NCBI GenBank assembly: GCA_964016885.1 | Contig: OZ024742.1 | Coordinates: 219,852,001-219,916,000, forward strand | DNA from: Eledone cirrhosa | Taxonomy: Eukaryota | DNA length: 64,000 nt | Reading direction: 5' to 3' | The notes under the pieces: model-generated | What the model saw: only the letters and a program-made list of their open reading frames with translations | Told to the model about the DNA's origin: nothing | The model's database searches: none | Program-made: the position numbers and the translations under genes | Shown here: positions 27,205 through 39,750 of the stretch, piece after piece | How positions within the stretch are numbered: position 1 is the first letter of the stretch | How the letters are laid out: the number at the start of each line of letters is the position of its first letter

Positions 27205-28030
27205 TCATCATCATCATCATCATCATCAGGTTTAGCGTCCGTGTTCCACGCTTGCATGGGTTTGGACGGGGGTTTTCCCACTTGAGGCAAGAGTGGTTGT
27301 CTTGCTCGCATAGGACTGTCTGGCGGGTTTTCTATAGTTGGATGCCCTTCCTAACACCAACCACATTTACAGTGTGGGGGTGGGAGGTTTTTACCGTGTT
27401 GCCTACACGGCCACATTACAGCGTGGACTGTCTGGCGGGTTTTCTACAGCTGGATGCCCTTCCTAACACCAACCACATTTACAGTGTGGGGCTGGGAGGT
27501 TTTTACCGTGTTGCCTACACGGCCACATTTACAGCGTGGACTGTGTGTTTTTTGTCGTGACACCTACACGATCTCATTTGTTTCGGCCTGGATGTTGTGG
27601 GACCAACATAACTTTACATTGAAAGGGGCGGTGTGGGTGGGGTGGAGGTGGAGGTGGTGGGACGGGGGTGTGTTTTGATAGAGATGCCTACTGACTGTAG
27701 TAGGTTTTTACTTTGTATTTAGGTAAGGCGGGTCTTCTCTATTACTGAGTACCGCCAAAGGTCTCGGTCCAGTGACATTGTCTTGGAGAGGTGTAAGCGT
27801 GTGAGGTCGGAATTTATCAGCTCGTCCCATGTTTTTCTGGGTCTGCCTACTCCGTGGCTACCGTCTATCTTTATTGCCCTGCACTTTGTTATACAGCTGT
27901 CGTCTTTCATGCGCATCACGTGACCGTACCAACGTAGCCTTCTCTTGAGTAAACAACATCTGATCCCTCTTATTTCTAATTTTTTCCTTAGTTCGTTTAT
28001 GCTTTGCCGTTCACGTATATTACTATTGCT
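27205..28030 (-). mobile_element. RTE family 1 3' fragment with a ~112-bp tandem duplication in the 3' UTR
   Basis: MRMKDDSCITKCRAIKIDG...GRPRKTW; UTR block ~27313-27424 repeated at ~27425-27536; (GAT)n tail. Confidence 0.88.
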
Positions 28031-28104
28031 ATATATATATATATATACGTTGCTAGAAATCCGTTAATGAAAGATCAAGAAAAACAGTGCTCAATCTGTT
28101 GAAA

Positions 28105-28745
28105 GATTGGAAAGAAATGAAGCTTGCATGCTTCAATGGATTTGTAATAGTAATATACGTGAACGGCAAAGCATAAACAAATTGAGAGAGAAACTAGGTA
28201 TAAGAGGAATCAGATGCAGTGTGCAGGAGAGGAGATTGCATTGGTATGGACATGTGATGCATATGAAGGATGACAGCTGCATAAAACGATGCAGGGCGAT
28301 CAAAGTTGATGGAATCTACAGTGTAGAAAGACCCAGGAAGAATTGGGATGAGGTGATAAAAGCTGACCTTGCCCAATTGCACCTCTCAAAGGTGATGACA
28401 CAGGACTGGGATCTCTGGCATTATGCAGTAATACAGAAGACCAGCCTTCTCATGAGTACAGTCTGAAGCATACACACATTATTCACCTCCACCCCATTCA
28501 CATACACCTCCCATGAGCACAGGCTGACGCATATGTCTGGTAAAAACCACCATCACCTTCATCCCCTTTTCCACACACCACCCACATCCTCAACACCTCA
28601 CATACCTCCCTAATACTACCCCACCCCACACTGTAATGTGGTCGTGTAGGTATCACGACAAAAACACACTGTACTCACAGTAAATGTGGTTGGCATTAGG
28701 AAGGGCATCCAGCCATAGATACCAAGCCAGAATCAGTTCTGTCCT
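28105..28745 (+). mobile_element. RTE family 1-like 3' fragment (older)
   Basis: ERNEACMLQWICNSNIRERQS...RLHWYGHVM. Confidence 0.8.
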
Positions 28746-28878
28746 TCATCAGAAGATAGAAAGAGAAATAAAAGATGAACTAGAAGGATAAAGAGTGTGA
28801 AGAGGAAGGACCAGAAAAATATTGAATTGTATATATATGTGTGTGTGTTTGTGTGTGTGTATATATATGTATGTGTTA

Positions 28879-28911
<33 letters not shown>

Positions 28912-31900
28912 TTTACGTCCGCTTTTCCCTGCTTGCAAGGGTGGGACGGGTCTTATTCAGCACAGCATCTCTCTACTCGTCACGGTCCCTCGTCATCTCC
29001 ACTGTGAGCTTCAATGATCTGAGGTCTGTTCTCACCACCTCCGCCCATGTTTTTCGTGGTCTACCTCTACCACGTCTTCCTTCAACTGGCATTTCCTGGC
29101 ACTTCTTCACCCATCGGTCATCCTCCATGCGCATCACATGTCCATACCACCTCAGTCTCCTCTCCCGTACACTACATTCTATCCCTCTCAGACACAGTTT
29201 CTCTCTCAACACATTTATGCTGGGTCGTTCACGCACATTTACACTGCACATCCAACGGAGCATGCTTGCCTCATTTCTCTCCAGCCGTCGCATATCCTCT
29301 GCGGTTGCTGCCCATGTCTCACTACCATGCAGCATCGCGCTCCTCACACAGGCATCATACAACCGGGCTTTCGTACGCAGGGAGAAACCCTTCTTCGTCA
29401 ACAGAGGAAGCAGCTCCCTAAACTTCTTCCAACCCGTCCTTATTCTAGATACTATGGCCTCGGAACACCCTCCTCCCATGCTAATCTGATCTCCTAGGTA
29501 CCGGAAGCTATCCACCACTTCTATAGCGCCCTCTCGCATTTGAAAAATGTGTCTATCAGTGCGACTTCTACTGTCTAATTTCCCTGTACATCTACTGCAT
29601 ACATATTTCTCCCTACCTGTTAGTTTGCCTGCTATCCTGCTACATCTCTTGTGTACCCAGGACCTGCATTGTGTGCATTTTATAGAATTTATGCCAGTTC
29701 CTTTTCTGCATATCGAACATGGCCATTTCCCTGACGAAATCAGGGTTTTGTCCTCTTTTCTACTCATCAACACTTTTGTCTTAGCTAGATTTACTCTCAG
29801 TCCTCTTGCTTCCAACTGCTGTTTCCATAGCCGGAATTTATTCTCTAGCTCCTCTACTGATTCTGCCATAAGAGCCAGATCGTCAGCATAGAGAAGTTCC
29901 CATGGACAGCCAGTCTTAAACTCCTCTGTTATGGCTTGGAGGACTATAATGAACAAGAGCGGGCTGAGGACCGAACCCTGATGTACTCCTACTTGTATCT
30001 GGAATTCCTCACTAAACTCCATTCCTACCCTCACTTTACTGACAGTACCTCTGTACAAAGTTTGCAGTGTCCTCACAAGCCATTCCTCAACACCCAGCTT
30101 CCTTAGGGACCACCAGATGACAGATCGGGGTACCCTATCAAAGGCCTTCTCTAGGTCAACAAAGGCTAAGTATACTGGCTTATTCTTCTCTAAGAACCTC
30201 TCTTGCATTTGTCTCACCAAGAAGAGGGCATCTGTTGTACTCTTCCCAGGCACAAAACCAAACTGCATCTCATCTAGTTTGACCCTTTCTCTAATTAGTT
30301 GTGCTAAAATCCTTTCTGCCACTTTCATAACCTGATCTATCAGCTTTATACCCCTATAATTGCTCCTCTCCAAAGCATCCCCTTTACCTTTGTAGCAATT
30401 TATGAGAATACTGCTGCACCAGTCTTTGGGTATGACACCACCATATATAGCCTGATTGATGATGCGTGCAACCAGTTTAGTGCCTACGTCCCCTGATGCC
30501 TTCAGCATCTCAGCAACTATTCCCGATGGTCCGGCCGCCTTACCATTTTTCATTTCCCTAATCGCCTCTTGGACCCTATATTCGTCAATATTCGACCCTA
30601 TATTCCTCAATAGCTGGTCCCTCTGTCGGATCTACCAAGGGTAATTTCTCTCTCTCCCATTCGTTCTCCACATTCATCAGTCTCTCATAATGACATTTCC
30701 AGGCCTCCTTTTTCTGGTCATTCGTGACACTAAGTACACCGGCATCATCCCGGACACATTTATCACCAACAACATCCTGATTTGCATTGACACACTGCCT
30801 TGCAATGTGGAACACCGCACGCCTCTGATCTTCCCGTCGCAGAACATTGGCAAACTTCCTACTCTCTGCCTCCCTGTGTGCTAAGTACACCTGACGTCTA
30901 GCTTCTCTCTTAGTGGCTGTATATTCTTCCCTACTCCCACCCTTTTTCCAAGCCTTCCATGCTAGTCTTTTGTCTCTAATAGCCTTATCTACTGTGCTGT
31001 TCCACCACCAGGTCACTCTCTGTCTGGTCGGAGCTCTGCTCCAGCCACAGGTTTCATCAGTAGCCTGCAGCAAGTTATCACGTAAGAACTTCCAGTTATT
31101 ATCTATGTCATACGTCTCTAAATCGTCTTCTTTTTCGTCATATACATCTTGAAGGGCTTTCCTAAATTTGAATTTTAGTGAAAGGTCTTTTAGCTTCCAG
31201 ACCTTTCTTCTCCACACCTTCCTATATGTCTCATTCCATCTCTTGCTTACTGAGATATCACTAACAACTAACCTATACTGTGGGGTACATTCTTCCCCAG
31301 GGTATGCCTTGGTATTAGACACTATCTGCCTGTCCCGCTGCCTAACTAGCAGGAAATCAATCTGGCTTATGTGCTCACCAGATTTGTAGGTTATTAGGTG
31401 ATTGGCAGGTTTCTGGAAGTTTGTGTTGCAAATAGTCAATGTACTTGCATCACAAAATTCAAGAAGTCTCACTCCTTCTTCATTTCTTGAACCGTAACCG
31501 TGCCCACCATGTACCCCAGTGTAACCATCTTGGAGCTGTCCAACATGACCATTGAAGTCTCCTGCTAGCATAACGATGTCTCCGTCCTCTGTCATTGTGG
31601 TTGTTTGCAAGAGTTGCTCATAAAAGCAGTCTTTCTCATCTTTGCCTAGGCCTGCTTGGGGAGCATAGACCGAGATGATTGTCAGTAGTCTCCTACCTAC
31701 AACTAATCTAAGCTTAATTATTCGATTACTAACTCGAACTACCTCTATTGTCTTATTGATCCATTTCTCAGCCAGGAAAATGCCTACTCCCCCTAACCCA
31801 TCATCCTTACCTACCCAGAATAGCTTATAGCTAAGACGCTTGCCTACGACTAGTCTCGCAGAGGCACCTCTCCATCTCACCTCTTGCACACAGCACACAT

Positions 31901-32188
31901 CCACCTGCCTTCTCTCCAGCATCTCCGCTATTTCAGCAGATCTACCTCTGAGAGTGCCAACATTAAGTGTTGCAACTCTGAGATGCGACGTCTTCATATT
32001 TTTCTATGCTGTTTTGTTGCTGTGCTGATAAGCTTTTGGCATTGATACACTGGTTGGATGCCCTTCCTAACACCAGCGCCACTTTACAGCATGGACTGGG
32101 TGCTTTTATTTGTGCCACCAGCACTAGAGAGGATGTCTTACTAGACTCAAGGGCCCTCTCTACCCCTCCATTTTACAGCATGGTCATT
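28879..32188 (-). mobile_element. RTE LINE family 2, apparently full-length; single APE-RT ORF broken by one 16-bp insertion
   Basis: ORFs 30585-31997 (APE) and 28973-30610 (RT, LLYADD), ~190-nt 5' UTR, (GAT)n tail; insertion at 30590-30605 relative to the 6.8-10.3 kb copy. Confidence 0.95.
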
Positions 32189-32799
32189 AAAAAAAAAAAA
32201 AAAAAAAAAAAATTATTGACACCAATACTCATGCATACAAACCACAACCACACATACCAACACTCATTCATGCATACAATCACACACACAACTCACAAAC
32301 ATATATATATATACATATATTACCGACAGTACTGATACAAAATCAAAATCAAAATCAAAATCGTCAAAATCACTATCATGTTAACTGTTGACCTTTCCCA
32401 GTCCAGTTCGGCTTGTATATAATAACAATAACAATAATAATTGTTTGCTTTACGCTCGTAATGGCGGTGGTGGATGGTGTCAGTGTGGTGGTGGTGGATT
32501 GTATCAGCGTGGTGGTGGTGGATGGTCAGTGATGGTGGTGACATATATGTATATATACATATATATATATATCAAGTAAGTATGTTTTGAAACAGTGAGC
32601 AGGTTTGAAATAAGAAAATAGAATAGCTTTCACCGTATTTTTGACTAAAGGAATTTTAGCCTGATAATGGGGTTTAGAACCCTCAGATAAATGGAAAAAG
32701 ATGAATACAATGCAACACAATGCACCGCTTGGTCTGAGATTTGAACTCACAACCTTATGATAGTGAGTTCAACGCTCTAACCATTAAGCCACATGCCTT

Positions 32800-32835
<36 letters not shown>

Positions 32836-32935
32836 CAGTTAAAGAATGAAGAGTAACATGGTAGGCTGTACAATAAGGGCTTTATTTAAAGTACTGATAA
32901 TTGTTTCGTTAATCAGGTGAGTCCAGAGTTCGCTA

Positions 32936-32979
<44 letters not shown>

Positions 32980-33962
32980 GCAAAAGGGATATTCAAAGTA
33001 CCAAAGTTTTGGTACCCTTGAAATATATATAATAGAATAAATATGGTTTTATAAATATACTTTCCATTTATTTAATATCATTGTATATATATATGTACAC
33101 ACACACACATAATATGTATATATGCACACACTCACACATAATATATATATATGTACATGTACAAATGCACATATATATATATATGTAGACACACGTGCAC
33201 AGGCACATATCATCCAGACAATGTTAGTATGCAAAGCAGAGATAAAAATCAGGATTCTGGTGATCATAATGATGATGATAATTTACAGAATGCAATGAAA
33301 ATTAAATGGTAGGATGGTGTTCCTAAAATATAAAATGGAAGCAATAATAAAAAAAACAAAAGAAAACAAAATAGAAATTTCACATGACTTAAATTAACAA
33401 TGCCTTAAGGAAACTTGTCAGATTCTACTGACAACTGAGGAAAGATTAACTGACATTAGAGATCATTTTCAGCATCATTCTCTTCATATTTTTAATAAAT
33501 TTACTTTATCACTTCACTTGTAATACATAATTTGGCAATTAAAGATAAAAAATATATTTAAATAGATGGCATCATTTCTTAATAATAAGACTTCACTGAG
33601 TTATATATATATATCATAAATATATATACATAAACGTAAATATATATATATATATATACCTATACATAAATATATATACATATAGATAAATATATATACA
33701 TATACATAAATATATATACATAAACAAATATATATATATAAGCATATATATATACATATATATATATGTGTGTGTGTGTGTATATATATATCATCATCAT
33801 TTCATTTTACGTCCGCTTTTTCCTGCTTGCAAGGGTGGGACGGGAACTGATTCTGGCTTGATTTCTACAGCTGGATGCCCTTCCTAACACCAACCTCATT
33901 TACAGTGAGTGCTGGGTGCTTTTTTGCCGTGGCACCTACACGTCCACTTTACAGTGGAATGA

Positions 33963-34620
33963 TATCAGTATGCGCCAACGGACACATGTGGTATACTGGA
34001 TTGAATGTAACAAATGTAAGGAGTTCTACATTGGTAGCCCGACTCAAGCACTCTACACTCACATTAAAGAACACCTCAACACACGTGCATCCTCATTAAA
34101 AAAAACACATTGATAAATGTAGAAACATCAACCAATATATTACCGTTATTATTAAAGCCAGTGATAGACATGTGGGCAACTTAAGAATTAAGGAAGCCTT
34201 GCTCATACATAGACTCCACCCGCAAATAAATAATAGATTAGAACTCAGCACACAATATTTGACATAAAAAGATACACCCACAGGCACACAAACTAACATC
34301 TCATACATAAAAGAAAATTGATTTCGTGGAAAGCGAAATAACCATTAAAAAAATGCTTGAAAACGACTTAGAAAAATTTAAATCAAAATTTAATCCCAAA
34401 GAGAGGAAATTGAAACATTATTCACTAAAAGCTCCTTAAACTCTGAAGAAGGGACTTTTAGGTCTTGAAATATTGGACAGAAAAAAGAACAATAATAACA
34501 AAAAACGAAACAAAGATTACCAGGTAACTTACTTTTCGTTATACCATCTTACAGTCCATTTTGCATTGTTCAGCCTTCTATCTCTTTCAACCTTATATAT
34601 TATACACAATGCCTCAAGCA
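33963..34620 (+). mobile_element. Penelope-like GIY-YIG 3' fragment
   Basis: HVVYWIECNKCKEFYIG...IKEHL...LRIKEALLIHRLHPQINNR; decayed CTGAAGA...GAAA at ~34443-34475. Confidence 0.8.
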
Positions 34621-34651
34621 AACTACAACATTTTATTATATATATATATAT

Positions 34652-34991
34652 ATCATCATCATCATCATCATCATTTTACGTCCCCTTTTCCCTGCTTGCA
34701 AGGGTGGGACGGGAACTGATTCTGGCTTGATTTCTACAGCTAGATGCCCTTCCTAACACCAACCTCATTTACAGTGAGTGCTGGGTGCTTTTTTGACGTG
34801 GCACCTCCACGACCACTTTGCAGTGGAATGATAGGGACCCCTATCATCTCATTTCTACAGCTGAGTAAACTGGAGCAATGTGAAATAAAGTGTCTTGCTC
34901 AAGGAAACAACACATCACCCAATCTGAGAATTGAACTCACAACCTTTCGATTGCAAGGCCAATGCTCTAACCACTAAGCCACGTGCCTCCA
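34652..34991 (-). mobile_element. SINE family B
   Basis: Near-identical to 3130-3472 and 35298-35637. Confidence 0.88.
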
Positions 34992-35297
34992 AACTTATAT
35001 ATATATATATATATACATATATATACATATATATATATGTGTGTGTGTGTGTGTATTTATATGTATATAAAGCAACTAGTCCACCCTGCAAAATGGTCAT
35101 GTAGGTGTCATGACAAAAAGCACCTAGCACACACTGTAAATGTGGTTAGCATTAGAAAGGGCATCAAGCTGTAGAAACCAAGCCCAAATCAGTCCTGTGT
35201 GAGTGAAACACAGTCCTTCGACCTGATCTCTCACATAAGGACAGCCTATCCTACCCATGCTAGCATGAAAAATGGACTTTAAACGATGATGATGATG

Positions 35298-35637
35298 ATC
35301 ATCATCATCATCATTTTACGTCCGCTTTTCCCTGCTTGCAAGGGTGGGACGGGAACTGATTCTGGCTTGATTTCTACAGCTGGATGCCCTTCCTAACACC
35401 AACCTCATTTACAGTGAGTGCTGGGTGCTTTTTTGCCATTGCACCTCCACGACCACTTTGCAGTGGAATGATAGGGACCCCAGTCCCTATCATCTCATTT
35501 CTACAGCTGAGTAAACTGGAGCAATGTGAAATAAAGTGTCTTGCTCAAGGAAACAACACATCACCCAGTCTGAGAATTGAACTCACAACCTTTCGATTGC
35601 AAGGCCAATGCTCTAACCACTAAGCCATGTGCCTCCA
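35298..35637 (-). mobile_element. SINE family B
   Basis: Full copy with tRNA head, central domain and RTE tail; partial copies at 33790-33962, 38850-39068 and 61657-61775. Confidence 0.88.
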
Positions 35638-35683
35638 TCATGATATATATATATGTATATATATATATATACATATATATATA

Positions 35684-37250
35684 AACTAGGCGTTGACGAA
35701 TGGCTTGTGAGGGCTATACAAGCCATGTATAAAGAAACAGTCAGCAAGGTTAGAATTAACAACGAATATAGTGAAGAGTTTAGCGTAAAAGTCGGCGTCC
35801 ATCAGGGCTCTGTTCTCAGTCCACTACTATTTATTATTGCCCTTCAGGCTATAACAGAGGAGTTCAAGACAGGCTGCCCATGGGAACTCCTATACGCAGA
35901 CGACCTGACACTCATAGCGGAATCAATGGCCGAGCTAGAGAAGAAATTCCAAACATGGAAGCACGGCCTAGAGTCAAAAGGACTTAAAATTAACCTGGCT
36001 AAGACCAAAGTACTAGTTTGTAGGAAAGAAAACAAGGCGGCGGTCCCTTCTGGGAAATGGTCGTGCTCGGTGTGTAGGAAAGGCGTAGGTAGAAACTCCA
36101 TTTTATGTCCTAAATGCAAAGTATGGGTGCATAAAAGATGTAGTGGGATCACAGGTAAGCTAACTAAGAACATAGATTTTACATGTGGCCGGTGCTCTGG
36201 TGCAATAAGTAGCAGCAAGTGCCCACAAACTACTAGCTCTTTCAATTGCGCAGAGGGTTCTATAGAAATAGTGGACAGCTTCCGTTACCTGGGCGATAAA
36301 ATCAGCAGTGGGGGAGGGTGCTCTGAAAGTACTGTAGCTAGAGTCAGAACTGGTTGGAAAAAGTTCAGAGAGCTTATACCACTATTAGCTGCTAAAGGGT
36401 TCTCACTAAAAATGAAAGGCAGGTTGTACGATGCCTGCATACGAATAGCAATGCTGCATGGCAGTGAGACCTGGGCATTGTGTGCAGAGGATATACGTAG
36501 ACTAGAGAGGAACGAAGCTTGCATGCTCCGCTGGATGTGTAACAGTAATATACGTGAACGGCAAAGCATAAACGAACTAAGGAATAAATTAGAGATAAGA
36601 GGGATCAGATGTTGTTTACTCGAGAGAAGGCTACGTTGGTATGGACACGTGATGCGCATGAAAGTCGATAGCTGTATAACAAAGTGCAGGGCAATAAAGA
36701 TAGACGGTAGTCACGGAATAGGCAGACCTAGAAAAACCTGGGACGAGCTGATAAACTCCGACATCACACACTTACACCTCTCCAAGACAATGTCACTGGA
36801 CCGAGACCTTTGGCGGTACTCAGTAACAGAGAAGACCCGCCTTACCTAAATATATAGTAAAACCTACTCCAGCCAGTAGGCATCTCTAACAAAATACACC
36901 CCGTCCCACCACCCCCACCCCCACCCGATCCACACCACCCCGTTCTATGTAAAGTTATGTTGGTGCCGCGCCATCGAGGCCGAAACAAATGAGATCGTGT
37001 AGGTGTCACGACAAAAAAACACACAGTCCACGCTGTAATGTGGCCGTGTAGGCAACACGGTAAAAACCTCCCAGACCCACACTGTAAATGTGGTTGGTGT
37101 TAGGAAGGGCATCCAACTGTAGAAAACCTGCCAGACAGTCCTATGCGAGCAAGACAATCACTCTTGCCTCAAGTGGGACTACCCCCGTCCAAACCCATGC
37201 AAGCGTGGAACACGGACGTTAAACGTTGATGATGATGATGATGATGATGA
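35684..37250 (+). mobile_element. RTE LINE family 1, 5'-truncated at (TA)n, remaining ORF open
   Basis: ORF to 36849 with GVHQGSVLSP, LLYADD and a PHD-like insert; (GAT)n tail. Confidence 0.93.
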
Positions 37251-37405
37251 TACACACAAATATATATATAAATATATATATTGATAAAAATGATGAAGTT
37301 TTGTTTAGATGTATTTAGTTTTTTCATTGTCTATTAACTATTTCTCAACCAATGATATATCTCATTTATCATACAAGCATCATTGAAATTCTAAGAAATG
37401 TATTC

Positions 37406-37525
37406 ATTCTCTGAAGATTCGTGAGTAACAATATATTGCGAGGGAATGATAGGAAAAAATGAATATCTCTAAACAGCTCTCATAGACCCTGTGATGTATC
37501 ACGATGATGAAACAAATGTTAGAAT
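37406..37525 (+). ncRNA. Type I hammerhead ribozyme with large loop 2
   Basis: ATTCT-CTGAAGA-tTCGTGA...TCACGAtgat-GAA-ACA-aa-TGT-T-AGAAT. Confidence 0.7.
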
Positions 37526-37598
37526 ATATAATTAAATCAGTTTTTCTAATCACGCATTGTCTGTCTGTTTTTCCTAACATATTGATATATATATATAA

Positions 37599-38493
<895 letters not shown>

Positions 38494-39324
38494 TAGCATG
38501 GAAAATGGACGTTAAACGATGATATATATATATATATTATATATTATTTATGTTTATACATGGAACAAAAGCACTACATAAGGTTTCAAGGCCCAATATT
38601 GACCATATCTCCAGAATGTAAGAGGGATAAAAAATGGTGACCTAATCTTCAGGCACTTATACAAGTTTATAAGATACCATTAGAAGTAATGTGCTAAAAT
38701 GCTAGTTTATAAAACATGTATTTTAACAAATGGAAATAACTCCATGATGTAAATTGGAAATAGCAAAATCATACAGGTGTCTTATTTGTGGGCTATAACA
38801 GATATATGGCATCATTTCTTCATAATTAGACTTCACTGATGATATTTTCATTTTTCATTTCATTTCATTTTACTTCCACTTTTCCCTGCTTGCAAGGGTG
38901 GGACGGGAACTGATTCTGGCTTGATTTCTACAGCTGGATGCCCTTCCTAACACCAACCTCATTTACAGTGAGTGCTGGGTGCTTTTTTTCCGTGGCACCT
39001 CCACGACCACTTTGCAGTGGAATGATAGGGACCCCAGTCCCTATCATCTCATTTCTACACCTGAGTAATATATATATATCATCATCATCATCATCATATT
39101 TATATATATATATATATATATATAAATACGAATAGTGCTTTTGTTCCATGTATGAACATAATTAGATAACATATATCGGCTCTCTTCCATATTGAGAACT
39201 GTTTTCCTTTTTCCTTTTTCACACCTACAGCAGATATTTCTTCATACATATATATGTAATGTATATATATAGATATATGGTTGTACTGGGGACACAACAA
39301 ATAAGCACCCATTATCATGTTGGT

Positions 39325-39750
39325 GACAACAAGAGGCACCCAACCCACTCTGTAAAGTGGGCGTGTTGGTGGCACAACGAAACACACCTGGCCCACCCTG
39401 TGAATTAGGCAGGTTGGTGACATGACAAAAAAGCCCAGTCCATTCTGTAGTATGGTCGTGTTAGCAACATGACAATAAACACCCAGTCCACCCTGTATAG
39501 GGGTTGTGGTAGTGACATGACAAAAAGTGGCCATTTTGGTGTCAAGCATCTCGTCCACACTGTAAATGTAGTTGGTTTTAGAAAGGACATCAAGCTGTGG
39601 AAATAAAACCAGAAACAGTTCTATTTGAGCAAGACAGTCATTTGCCCTGACTTGACTCACAATGGGACAACTCATCTAACTCAGGCTAGCATGGACAAAT
39701 GGATGTTAAATGGTGATGAGCGGACGTTAAATGATGGTGATGATGATGAT
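39325..39750 (+). repeat. About five diverged 47-48-bp RTE-UTR units followed by an RTE-type tail
   Basis: Repeated cacccagtcca-ctgtaaagtggtcgtgttggtgacatgacaaaaa-like unit, then aaggacatcaagctgt and a (GAT)n tail. Confidence 0.7.

Noticed and set aside
32000-32188. HDV-like ribozyme in the RTE 5' UTR
   Set aside because: Only a simple tagagagg/cctctcta hairpin is visible; I could not build the nested double pseudoknot by eye.
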